From: an uncultured Clostridiaceae bacterium
GTDB lineage: Bacteria > Bacillota > Clostridia > TANB77 > CAG-508
Assembly (NCBI GenBank): GCA_946998225.1
Contig: CAMPYH010000002.1
Location: forward strand, 31,163-95,162
Reading direction: 5' to 3'
Length of the DNA stretch: 64,000 nucleotides
Positions 30,354 to 39,853 of this stretch are shown here, piece after piece. Both the position numbers and the translations under genes were made by a program. Position 1 is the stretch's first letter, and each line of letters begins with the position of its first letter. The notes below the pieces were generated by a model. That model did no database searches. It saw only the letters and a program-made list of their open reading frames with translations, and had not been told where the DNA came from.

Positions 30354-30713
30354 GAGGGAGAGTATATATAGATATAAATATAGAATATAGTAAAAGAGTA
30401 ACAAATAAGTTTAAGAAGAAGAAAGTAAAATATACATAGAAAGAATAAAAATAAATAAAAACGAATAACAATCAAAATTAATAAAATATAAGAGAGAAAA
30501 AGATATAATATATTTTGTGCAACTTTAAAAAGAGATAAAGAAATACCCTTCCTCATTTTAGAAAGGGATATCTGCTGCTATCTAATTTAATATATAATAG
30601 ATAATAATTTAATTTAGTTTAGTTCAATTTAAATTAATTTATTTATTTATTTTTATATTGATTATAATTTTAATAATTAATTATTAATGTATTTAATTTA
30701 ATTCTATATTTTT

Positions 30714-30755
30714 AGAATTAGAATTAGAATTAGATTTGGATTTGAATTAGATTTT
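30714..30755. repeat. Short tandem repeat block (GAATTA x3, GATTTG x2, GAATTAGATTT)
   Basis: agaattagaattagaattagatttggatttgaattagatttt, inside a 1-kb ORF-free spacer. Confidence 0.6.
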
Positions 30756-30896
30756 AATTATTAAAGATATTTGATTTATATCTTTAAAAACATCTATTAT
30801 TTATATATATAAAGTATATTTGAATTAATCTTAATAGATAATTAGGTTTAATTTGAATATATTAGGTATGTAGTTATATCATTTAAAAAATAAAAT

Positions 30897-30917
30897 GGCC
30901 CAAATGGGCTATTTTTT
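30897..30917. terminator. GC-rich hairpin with flanking A- and T-runs (bidirectional terminator-like)
   Basis: ggccca aa tgggct followed by attttttaaa and preceded by aaaaaataaaa. It is isolated, about 540 nt from the nearest + gene and about 455 nt from recG. Confidence 0.5.
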
Positions 30918-31372
30918 AAATGCATATATTGGTGCTTCTAATTTATCTATAGATATCAAGGATTTTATAAATCTCTTAAAAACGCCTTTCAAAAATCGAC
31001 GATTTGAGCGACTTTATATTTTTATTGATATGTATACATGTCTTAAAATAGGTAAATAAGGCGATTATTTCTATTTTTGGTAAATTTGGTATTTTTTAAA
31101 ATTGAATATCTATGTTTTTATTAGATTATTAATTTAATTATTAATTTATATATTTAGGTAATTAAATATAAGTGTAGATACTCGTATTATAAATATTGGT
31201 ATAAGTAGAGTTATATAGATATTTAATTATAAAGTAGCTAAGTTTTGTATTATGGTGTAGTCTGGTTTTTGCTTATTTTAAAGGTAAGAGGAGGGCTAAA
31301 TAGCGTTTTTCTAAATTTTACTAGTTTCAACTACACAAAATCTATATTTTGTGCAAGTATGTATTTAGGAAT

Positions 31373-33406
31373 TTACAGTGTTGTATTTATTATCTCCTCC
31401 ACCTTTTCTTTAATTAAGATATTTTTTTCATTTTCTAAATTAGGATCTTCATCTAAAACTTTTTTAGAAACCATCTGTACTTTTTGAAGTATTAGAACAT
31501 CTTCAAAAAGATTTGCTATTTTAAAATCTGGTATTCCATGTTGTTTAGTTCCAAAGAAATCTCCAGAACCTCTAAGTTCAAGATCTTTTTCAGATATAAC
31601 AAAACCATCTGTTGTAGAACACATTATTTGAATTCTTTCTTTTGTTATTTGATTGCCTGATTTAACCTTTAAAAAGCAATATGATTGGTATTTGCCTCTA
31701 CCTACTCTTCCTCTTAATTGATGCATTTGAGAAAGACCAAATCTTTCTGCATTTTCAATAACCATTATATTTGCATTTGGAACATCTATTCCTACTTCAA
31801 TTACTGTTGTTGCAATTAATATATCTATCTTCTTATTTAGGAATTCTTCCATTATTTTATCTTTTTCTTCTTCCTTCATCTTGCCATGGATATACGAAAC
31901 ATTAAAATTGCTAAAAGTCTTTTTATATATTTTATATACTTCTTCTACAGATTTTAGATCACTCTCCTCGCCCTCTTCTACGAGCGGACATACAATATAT
32001 GCTTGTCTGCCTTCTTCTAGAAATTTTTGTATAAACATATTTAGTTTTTCTTCTTTATCATATGGTGAGTAAACTGTTTTAATAGGTAGACGATTTTTAG
32101 GTAATTCATTTATTATAGATATATCTAGATCTCCATAAAGTATTAAAGCAAGTGTTCTAGGAATTGGAGTAGCACTCATTACGAGCATATTAGGATTTTT
32201 TCCTTTTTGAGCCATTTTTTCACGTTGTTTAACTCCAAATCTATGTTGCTCATCTGTTACAACAAGCCCTAAGTTTTTAAATTTAACATTTTCTTCTATA
32301 AGGGCATGTGTACCTACAATTACATCTATTTTCCCTGATTCTAAATCATTTAAAATATCTTCTTTTTCTTTTTTCTTTATTTTAGATTTAAGAAGTGCAA
32401 CATTAATACCATAAGGCTCTAGCATATTTTTAAAACTTTCATAGTGCTGTGATGCAAGTATTGCAGTAGGAACCATTATTGCTGCTTGGTATCCAGATTT
32501 TACAGCCTTATATGCAGCTATAATTGAAACAATTGTTTTACCAGAACCAACATCACCTTGAAGAAGTCTATTCATTGAAAGATCATTTTCCATATCTTTG
32601 GTAATTTCAGATATAACTTTCATTTGAGCATTGGTTAAAGTAAATGGTAGATCCTTTATTAGATCATTTTCAGATCCGTCTTTAATACATTTTGATCCAA
32701 AACTTATCTTATTTGCATTTTTAAAGTATAGTAGCGAGCATTGTGTAAGCAAAAGTTCTTCAAACTTTAATCTATATTTTGCTCTATTTAATAAATCATC
32801 ATTTGCTGGAAAATGGATATTATTTATTGCTAAATTTTTATCTACTAGATTATTTTCCTTTAATATATATTCTGGCATATTATCTTTAATATGTTTTAAT
32901 TTTAGTGCATTTTGAATTATATTTCTTACAATGTTTTGAGTCATATCTTTTGTTAATTTATATACTGGTAAAAGTTTTTCTTCTTTTGTATCTACTTTGA
33001 CTTTTTCTATTTGAGGATTCGTCATTGTTTTAGTACCAAATTTAGGTGAATCTACTTTACCATAAAAAAGATATTCTTCATTAAGCTTTATATTTCTAGT
33101 TAAATAATTTTTATTAAACCAAGTAAGTTCACATGTGCCTGTTTTATCTTGAACAACACATGTTTGTATACTTAAATTCCTTCTTATATATCTTGAAGAA
33201 ACAGGGGTTAAAGCTTTTGCTTTAATAAGTTCAACATTTCCATATATTAGATCAGATATATGTTTTACATTAGTTCTATCTTCATAATCTTTTGGATAAT
33301 ATGATATTAGATCATTAAAATTATATATCCCCATTTTATTTAAGAGTGTAAGCCTTTTATCTCCTACACCCTTAATATTTTTAATATCTATATAAATGTC
33401 TTCCAT
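31373..33406 (-). CDS. recG: ATP-dependent DNA helicase RecG
   Basis: Walker A GDVGSGKT and DEQHRFGV (DExH). An N-terminal wedge/OB region precedes the helicase core; 677 aa. Confidence 0.95.
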   Translation of the reverse strand: MEDIYIDIKNIKGVGDKRLTLLNKMGIYNFNDLISYYPKDYEDRTNVKHISDLIYGNVELIKAKALTPVSSRYIRRNLSIQTCVVQDKTGTCELTWFNKNYLTRNIKLNEEYLFYGKVDSPKFGTKTMTNPQIEKVKVDTKEEKLLPVYKLTKDMTQNIVRNIIQNALKLKHIKDNMPEYILKENNLVDKNLAINNIHFPANDDLLNRAKYRLKFEELLLTQCSLLYFKNANKISFGSKCIKDGSENDLIKDLPFTLTNAQMKVISEITKDMENDLSMNRLLQGDVGSGKTIVSIIAAYKAVKSGYQAAIMVPTAILASQHYESFKNMLEPYGINVALLKSKIKKKEKEDILNDLESGKIDVIVGTHALIEENVKFKNLGLVVTDEQHRFGVKQREKMAQKGKNPNMLVMSATPIPRTLALILYGDLDISIINELPKNRLPIKTVYSPYDKEEKLNMFIQKFLEEGRQAYIVCPLVEEGEESDLKSVEEVYKIYKKTFSNFNVSYIHGKMKEEEKDKIMEEFLNKKIDILIATTVIEVGIDVPNANIMVIENAERFGLSQMHQLRGRVGRGKYQSYCFLKVKSGNQITKERIQIMCSTTDGFVISEKDLELRGSGDFFGTKQHGIPDFKIANLFEDVLILQKVQMVSKKVLDEDPNLENEKNILIKEKVEEIINTTL

Positions 33407-34176
33407 TAATCGACCTCTCTTGCTTTAATTATAACTCTATCAACACTATCATTTGTACAAGTAATTAATGTTATTTCTCTTTTTCCATTTGTATATTGAC
33501 TTGTAGCTGATGTATCATCTGGTCTTACTATGAATTTATCATAAACTTCATATTGTACGATCTCACCTAAAAGATCTTTAATCTCAATTATATCTCCATT
33601 TTGAAGTTGTGGTACTTTTGAGAAGAACAAATTATTTCTATAATTATGTCCAGCTATACATAAATTTCCTATTTCATTTGGTTCTTTCCCCCAAAATCTT
33701 GTAGGAGATATTTTTAACAGTTCTTCTGTAGTTTTATTTAATATTGCATAATTTAAATTAATCTTAGGTATAGATATTGTACCAATAGAGTAATATGTAT
33801 CACCTGATGCTGATCTTTTCATACTTGATTGTATAATCTTATTTATTTTTTCTTGTTCTTCAGGAGTTCTTTTTGTTTCATATATATTATCTCCCTCATC
33901 AACATATTCCTCATTTAAAACTACTCTTACTGTATCATCTGAAAAAGCTATATTACTATCTGCTTGATTGTTAATATTAAAAGTTAAGGATTCAAGAATT
34001 TGTTCAGATTCTTTTGAATCTTGGTATCTTGAGTATTCAGCATATATGTAATAGAAAAATAAAATACATAAAAGAAATACCGCTATAAAGAAATTGATCT
34101 TATATAGTTTCTTTTTTCTTTTAATTTCTGGTGTAACATAAAGTGTTTCAGAAATTAAAATCTGATTCATACTCAT
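33406..34176 (-). CDS. srt: Sortase (class A/B-type transpeptidase)
   Basis: N-terminal TM anchor. Catalytic His (NLCIAGHN), the active-site TLITC motif (REITLITCTND) and a downstream Arg (RVIIKAR). Confidence 0.85.
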   Translation of the reverse strand: MSMNQILISETLYVTPEIKRKKKLYKINFFIAVFLLCILFFYYIYAEYSRYQDSKESEQILESLTFNINNQADSNIAFSDDTVRVVLNEEYVDEGDNIYETKRTPEEQEKINKIIQSSMKRSASGDTYYSIGTISIPKINLNYAILNKTTEELLKISPTRFWGKEPNEIGNLCIAGHNYRNNLFFSKVPQLQNGDIIEIKDLLGEIVQYEVYDKFIVRPDDTSATSQYTNGKREITLITCTNDSVDRVIIKAREVD

Positions 34177-34253
34177 ATTCTCTCCTCCTCCCTTTTTTTA
34201 TTATATCAAGATGATATTCTTTATTCAATTACAAATTTATTATGTAAAATGAT

Positions 34254-35936
34254 TTATTTTATAGTTATCGCAGGTCTTTTAATAGATTCAAAGTTTTTAA
34301 AAAATACTTCTCTATTACACTTTGTAAATGCATGTTTTTCAGGATTATGTATATAAAGGTTTTCATCATCATAACCTACAAGTACACCTGTTACTATATT
34401 TGATTTAGGTATATAAATACCACTTTTAAATACATCTATTGGTTTTCCGTCTCTAAATAAATCTCCATCTTTTTCTGTCCATACAAGTACAGGTTTATTA
34501 TTATCTATATTCTTTAATATTTCCTCTTCGCTTACACCTGTTATATTATTTACTATATCTCCTAAATGATATGTGATCATTTTAGTAGCTGGTATATCAA
34601 ATCCTGTATATGATCCATCTTCTTTGTTTGATTCTGGATTTCCTATAAAAGAATCATATGGACTTGCTTCTATTTTATCATTTTTAATACCAGCAACTTT
34701 AGGTAATCTATATAATAGATTGTATGCACTTACTGTATATCCTTTATTTTCTAATATCATCATTGCAGATGCAATAAGCGATCCATTAGACATATTAATA
34801 TCTTTATTAGATATATATCTTACATTTTCTATTAATTTTGGTTTATCTTTTAAGAATCTATTTTTTCTGTATTCAATAAAACCAGGTATTCCTTCAGAAT
34901 TTCTCACCTTTACCCATCCTTCTTTTTCAAGTGGATGTAGGAACTCTATTTGCTCAAAATATTTTGTTTTAACTATTGTTTCTGATTGGTATAGTGGTGC
35001 ATAATTTATATTATATTCTCCAGAGCTATATAGGAATGTACCAAGCTGTTTTTCAGCAGTTACAGATACTAGACATTCAGATTTCTTATCTTCGTTTTTG
35101 ACACTTCCAGTTATCTTAACTATACCTGGATTTTTACCAGTAATTACTCCGTGTTCGTCAATACTTGCTATATCTGGATTTTCGCTTTCCCATATAATTC
35201 CTAAATTGGTTGCATTAAGTGGTTCGATATTTGCATAAAGTATAGATTTTTGTCCTATTCCTAGTTTTAATTCTTTTTCATCTATATCTATAGCTTTAAT
35301 TTTTATCCAAATTACTTCTATTTCCATTTCAGCAAGAGTTTTACCAAAGGTATCTTTAACAAATATTGTTGTTTTACCAGTCTTTTTACCATATAATACA
35401 TTATTTTCTTTTATCTCAATGATCTCTGGATTTGCTGAAACTACTTTAAACTCTTTATTTGTAGCCTCTTCTGGGAACACTTCAACATCTAAAGGATAAT
35501 CCTTAAATGCAGATAATTTATCTATTGGATTTTTAATTTTAGCTTCAGATATATATGTAACACAAGATATCTCTAATTTATTACTTGTAACTTTGTCACT
35601 TTCAAGAGATATTGTAGTTTTACCTAATTCTTTTCCAATTATTTTATTTTCTTCTATTTTAATAATATTAGGATTTGAAATATTCCATTTTAAATTTGTT
35701 GTATCTGCAGATTGAGGTTTAACAGTTATTTTAACAGGCATTTCCTTAGATATACCTATTTGATTTGTCTCTACTTCTATTTTTATACTTTCTACTTCTT
35801 TTCCAATATATTTTATACTTACTGTTCTAAGAAGCAATATTAATAAGAAAAAAACAGATAAAATAATCATACTTATTATTTCAATATCTGTATATTTACT
35901 TTTTATACTCTCATCTTTAAATACTTTATTATCCAT
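34254..35936 (-). CDS. Membrane-anchored protein with four Big_2 Ig-like repeats, an SH3b-like segment and a C-terminal C39-like (BtrH-type) peptidase-fold domain
   Basis: N-terminal TM (IISMIILSVFFLLILLL). Repeated about 80-aa Ig-like modules (KEFKVVSANPEIIEIKENNV..., GIIWESENPDIASIDEHGVITG). GWVKVRNSEGIPGFIEYRKNRF is SH3b-like. The C-terminal domain ...NMSNGSLIASAMMILENKGY...TGVLVGYDDENLYIHNP is C39_2-like. Confidence 0.5.
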   Translation of the reverse strand: MDNKVFKDESIKSKYTDIEIISMIILSVFFLLILLLRTVSIKYIGKEVESIKIEVETNQIGISKEMPVKITVKPQSADTTNLKWNISNPNIIKIEENKIIGKELGKTTISLESDKVTSNKLEISCVTYISEAKIKNPIDKLSAFKDYPLDVEVFPEEATNKEFKVVSANPEIIEIKENNVLYGKKTGKTTIFVKDTFGKTLAEMEIEVIWIKIKAIDIDEKELKLGIGQKSILYANIEPLNATNLGIIWESENPDIASIDEHGVITGKNPGIVKITGSVKNEDKKSECLVSVTAEKQLGTFLYSSGEYNINYAPLYQSETIVKTKYFEQIEFLHPLEKEGWVKVRNSEGIPGFIEYRKNRFLKDKPKLIENVRYISNKDINMSNGSLIASAMMILENKGYTVSAYNLLYRLPKVAGIKNDKIEASPYDSFIGNPESNKEDGSYTGFDIPATKMITYHLGDIVNNITGVSEEEILKNIDNNKPVLVWTEKDGDLFRDGKPIDVFKSGIYIPKSNIVTGVLVGYDDENLYIHNPEKHAFTKCNREVFFKNFESIKRPAITIK

Positions 35937-36103
35937 GTATTTTCCTTTAATTTCACTCTAGTTTTTTTAATATAATCTATATAAAGATTAACAATATATC
36001 CTTTATTTTACAATATATTAAATTATATATTAATAGATATTTAATCTAATGTTTTTTTGTGCAAGTTTGTATAATATATGTATATATAGATTGGAAGTGA
36101 AAA

Positions 36104-37129
36104 ATGAAAAATGTAATTAATGAAAATGAAAATCCTGAATTTTTAACAAAATTTTTAAACTATAAATTAATAATTGAAAATATGTCTAAAGGAACAGTTA
36201 AAGAATATAACTATGACCTCCTTCTCTTCTTAAGATATATTGCATTTAAGAAAGAAAAGAATAATTTAAATGCTGATGGTGAAATTATTGAAGATGAAGA
36301 AAGAGTACATGAAATAGATATATCTAGATTAGATAAAACAGTTTTATTAAAAGTTAGTTTAGATGATATACATAGTTTCCTTGCATTTGTTAAGAAAAAT
36401 TATGATAATTCTGCAAATACTATAGCTAGAAGAACATCTAGTATTAGATCATTTTTTAAATATTATAGCGCAGTAAATCCTCTCCTTGAGCAAAATGTTG
36501 CATCAAATCTAGAATCACCAAAACTTCCTCAAAGACTTCCTAGACATTTAGACATTGAAGAAGCCAAAAGACTTCTTGAATCAACAAAAACTGCAAGTAA
36601 TAAAAAAGCGGAAAAATATATTCCAAGAAACCATGCAATTATTACTATATTTATAAACTGTGGGTTAAGACTTAATGAACTTGTTAATATTAATATTTCA
36701 GATATAAATTTTCCAACAAGATTTTTAAAAGTTACAGGTAAAGGTAATAAAGAACGTAGTGTTTATCTTAATGATGCTTGTATGAAAGCTTTAGATAGAT
36801 ATATAAAAACAAGACCTGAAAACATATCTAAAGAATATAAAGATGCACTTTTTTTAAGTAATCAAAATAAAAGAATCAGTAGACGCGGAGTACAATATAT
36901 TGTTGAAAATGAAATGAAAAAAGCAGGCCTTGATACAACTAAGTTTTCAACACATAAATTAAGACATACCGCAGCAACACTTATGTATCAATATGGCGAT
37001 GTAGATATTGCATCACTTCAAAAAGTTTTAGGACATGAAAATATATCTACAACAGAAATATATACACATGCTGAAAGCTATGAAGTTAAAAGAGCAATTG
37101 AAAACAACCCACTTGCTAATTTAGATTAA
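36104..37129 (+). CDS. Tyrosine site-specific recombinase (XerC/XerD / phage-integrase family)
   Basis: C-terminal catalytic residues R...HKLRHTAATLMY...LGHENISTTEIYTH (R-H-R-Y). The N-terminal core-binding domain carries an acidic insert. Confidence 0.8.
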   Translation: MKNVINENENPEFLTKFLNYKLIIENMSKGTVKEYNYDLLLFLRYIAFKKEKNNLNADGEIIEDEERVHEIDISRLDKTVLLKVSLDDIHSFLAFVKKNYDNSANTIARRTSSIRSFFKYYSAVNPLLEQNVASNLESPKLPQRLPRHLDIEEAKRLLESTKTASNKKAEKYIPRNHAIITIFINCGLRLNELVNINISDINFPTRFLKVTGKGNKERSVYLNDACMKALDRYIKTRPENISKEYKDALFLSNQNKRISRRGVQYIVENEMKKAGLDTTKFSTHKLRHTAATLMYQYGDVDIASLQKVLGHENISTTEIYTHAESYEVKRAIENNPLANLD

Positions 37130-37140
37130 AAAAACTAGAG

Positions 37141-38475
37141 TTAATCCTCTAGCTTTTTTATTGCTTCTTTTCCTAATTTATTAATTACATCTCCTAAATA
37201 AATATTGTTTGGAGTATATGCTATTTCTTCGTTTAAAAAATCTCTTGCTAAAAACTCTTTTTTTAAAGCAGCTGTAAAATAGCTCATAAGTACTTCTACA
37301 CTTTGGTCGCCATATAATTCTATTCCTAAGAATTTAAGATTTGTATCAAAAACTGCTTTTAAAACTAATATATTATCTTTTTGATCAATGTATTTTTCCT
37401 TTAAATTAAATTTTAAATTAATATCTACAAAATCTATATTGTTTTCTTGTGCTTGAACAGCATTTATTCCAATTTTACCAAAGTATTTATCTTGAAAATT
37501 TATAATCATTGGTGAATTTGTACCAGTATATGTTTTTTTACCTTCTTTTAAATTATTTGCTAAAAAGATAGCCTGCTTTTTTGCAGATGATGCAAGCTTT
37601 GGCAGTATATATTCTTCTAAGCCTTTTGTTTTAACTATTGCAATATCTCCTATTGCGTATATATCTTTTAAATTAGTTTCAAAATTATCTTTAACAAAAA
37701 TATATCCATTTTCAGTCATTTTCAGATCTGTATTTTGCATATATGTACTATTTGGTATAAGTCCTACAGAAATAATAGCAAAATCATATTTATGCATGCT
37801 TTCATCGATTTTTACTGTTAAGCTTTTAGAGCTTTTTACTTCCTCTACTTCACCATATATTGTATTTACATTATTTTCTTTTAAAAGATCTTCTAGATAT
37901 TTTGAAAACATTGGATCAAATTGAGGAATAAGCTCATTTTTTTCACATACATCTACATCAATATTAAGTTTTTTTAGAGAATCTATTATTTCTATTCCAG
38001 TAGGACCTCCTCCTACAATTAACGCTTTTTTAGGATTTTTATCTTTAATATATTTTTTTAATCTTAAAACATTTACTATGTTTTTAAATATAAAAATATT
38101 TTCACCTTTGTTTTCAAAAACAGGTAATTTAATATTATTACATCCTGAAGCTATAACTAATTTATCATAAGATAAAACATTAACACTTCCGCTATCACCT
38201 TTAATTATTTTAATTTCCTTATCTTTTGGATTTACTGCTATAACCTCAGATTTAGGATATAAATTAATTCCAAGAGATTTTAGATATTCTTCATCATATA
38301 ATATTATATCTTCCTTATTTATATCCTTTTCAAGTAAATATCTTAAAGCAGAAGTTATATATGATATATCTATATTTTTATTAATTAAAATAACCTCATC
38401 ATCAGGATTATTCTTTTTAAATTCTACCGCAAATGTACTTCCAGCAATTTGTCCACCTATTACAATTACTTTCAT
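37141..38475 (-). CDS. FAD-dependent pyridine nucleotide-disulfide oxidoreductase (NADH oxidase / CoA-disulfide reductase-like)
   Basis: N-terminal FAD fold MKVIVIGGQIAGSTFA; second dinucleotide fold ALIVGGGPTGIEI; YAIGDIA motif; 444 aa. Confidence 0.75.
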   Translation of the reverse strand: MKVIVIGGQIAGSTFAVEFKKNNPDDEVILINKNIDISYITSALRYLLEKDINKEDIILYDEEYLKSLGINLYPKSEVIAVNPKDKEIKIIKGDSGSVNVLSYDKLVIASGCNNIKLPVFENKGENIFIFKNIVNVLRLKKYIKDKNPKKALIVGGGPTGIEIIDSLKKLNIDVDVCEKNELIPQFDPMFSKYLEDLLKENNVNTIYGEVEEVKSSKSLTVKIDESMHKYDFAIISVGLIPNSTYMQNTDLKMTENGYIFVKDNFETNLKDIYAIGDIAIVKTKGLEEYILPKLASSAKKQAIFLANNLKEGKKTYTGTNSPMIINFQDKYFGKIGINAVQAQENNIDFVDINLKFNLKEKYIDQKDNILVLKAVFDTNLKFLGIELYGDQSVEVLMSYFTAALKKEFLARDFLNEEIAYTPNNIYLGDVINKLGKEAIKKLED

Positions 38476-38508
38476 TTATACTCCATTTTTTTCTTTAGTT
38501 TATTTTTC

Positions 38509-39093
38509 TTATTCTTTGTTTTCTTTTTCTTCTTTATTTTTAAAATAATCTAATTTATTAACCTGTCTTGCTCTTCCTATTGCAAGAGTATCACCAGGAA
38601 CATCAGAAGTTATTGTAGATCCTGCCGCTACAAATGCTTTTTCTTCTATAACAACTGGTGCAACTAAAACACTTCCACTTCCAATAAATGAATTATCTTT
38701 AACAATAGTTTCATGTTTATTTTTTCCATCATAATTTGCAAATACACAGCAGGCTCCAACATTTACATTATTTCCTATATTTCCGTTTCCAATATATGTT
38801 AAATGTTTAATATGTACATGCTCACCTACAACTGAATTTTTAACTTGTACGCTATGGCCTATTACAGAATTTGCCGCTACCTTTGAATTATATATATGTG
38901 AAAAATTTCCAATTTCACATTTATTTGAAATTTCACTTTCTTCTATAACAGAATATTTAACTAGTGTATCTTCACCTATAACTGAATTAACTACTTTAGA
39001 ATTATCTTCAATTCTAGCTCCTTTTTTAATTGTGCTATTTATAACAATGCTATTTGGTGATATATATGCACCGTCTTCAACAATATTACTCAT
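38509..39093 (-). CDS. Hexapeptide-repeat (left-handed beta-helix) acyltransferase-like protein
   Basis: Multiple [LIV]-G-x-x-x-x hexad repeats throughout (VINSTI, VIGEDT, VIGHSV, VVGEHV, NVGACC). Confidence 0.65.
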   Translation of the reverse strand: MSNIVEDGAYISPNSIVINSTIKKGARIEDNSKVVNSVIGEDTLVKYSVIEESEISNKCEIGNFSHIYNSKVAANSVIGHSVQVKNSVVGEHVHIKHLTYIGNGNIGNNVNVGACCVFANYDGKNKHETIVKDNSFIGSGSVLVAPVVIEEKAFVAAGSTITSDVPGDTLAIGRARQVNKLDYFKNKEEKENKE

Positions 39094-39853
39094 CTTTTTT
39101 CTCCTTTAAGGATTTTATTTCCTCTTCTAGCTCTCTTATTTTCTTTTTAAGTTTAGTATTTTCAAACATAAGGCTTGTTATAGTTTCACTTTGTCTTTCT
39201 TCTTTTTTAGACATCTCATCTATTAGATGTTGATTTGATTCATCTTGCATGTCATCTTCATCTAAAGACTCTTTAGTAGCTCCTGTAATACCGTTTAAAT
39301 ACTCTTTAATATTTGTATCATCAAGTAGTATTCCTTCCTCTTTTGCCTCGCTTATTAGCTCTAATTTTGCCTCATCTGCTTCTTTAGTTGCAATCCCATC
39401 ACATAAATTATTAAGTTTATCTGTACCATGTCCTTTTACTTTAATAAATTCTATATTTTTAAATTCAGCTATTAAACTTAAAAGCTCTTCCCAAAGCTCT
39501 CTATTTTTTACAGGCTCTTTTTTAGAATTTACCCAATTAGATTTTATCCAAGATTCATACCATTTATTATTTATAGTATTTACTATATATGCACTATCTG
39601 TATTTACTTTTATATTAATATCTGGATTTTCTTTATATGAGTCTGAAGCATTTAATACTTGTTTTAATGATTCTATAACTCCGGTAAGTTCCATTATATT
39701 ATTTGTAGTAATAAGCTCTCTTCCTTTTACTCCTCTTTTTTTAGTTTTATCTAATATTATTCCAGCATACCCGCCAGGTCCTGGATTATATCTTGCTGAT
39801 CCGTCTGTATATATTATTAAATTGTCCATCTTATTCCTTTTAGTTTTTTCCAT
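39086..39853 (-). CDS. rnhA: Ribonuclease HI with an about 100-aa C-terminal coiled-coil extension
   Basis: RNase H catalytic residues in conserved context ([42 protein letters not shown]). The C-terminus is charged heptad-like ([13 protein letters not shown]). Confidence 0.8.
   Translation of the reverse strand: MEKTKRNKMDNLIIYTDGSARYNPGPGGYAGIILDKTKKRGVKGRELITTNNIMELTGVIESLKQVLNASDSYKENPDINIKVNTDSAYIVNTINNKWYESWIKSNWVNSKKEPVKNRELWEELLSLIAEFKNIEFIKVKGHGTDKLNNLCDGIATKEADEAKLELISEAKEEGILLDDTNIKEYLNGITGATKESLDEDDMQDESNQHLIDEMSKKEERQSETITSLMFENTKLKKKIRELEEEIKSLKEKKDE

Noticed and set aside
30354-31372. Possible tmRNA, RNase P RNA or SRP RNA in the long spacer
   Set aside because: I looked for the GC-rich tRNA-like 3' end (GGTTCGA...CCA) and for RNase P and 4.5S conserved boxes. 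None are present, and the region is far too AT-rich for these RNAs.
31245-31487. 80-aa + strand ORF at the end of the 1-kb spacer
   Set aside because: It overlaps the 3' end of recG on the opposite strand and has no RBS; it is likely spurious. It is included in the spacer finding instead.
36104-37129. Prophage or integrative element anchored by the tyrosine recombinase
   Set aside because: There are no flanking phage or plasmid genes, direct repeats or adjacent tRNA. The neighbours are core genes (recG/sortase on one side, nox on the other), so a housekeeping Xer-type recombinase is more likely.
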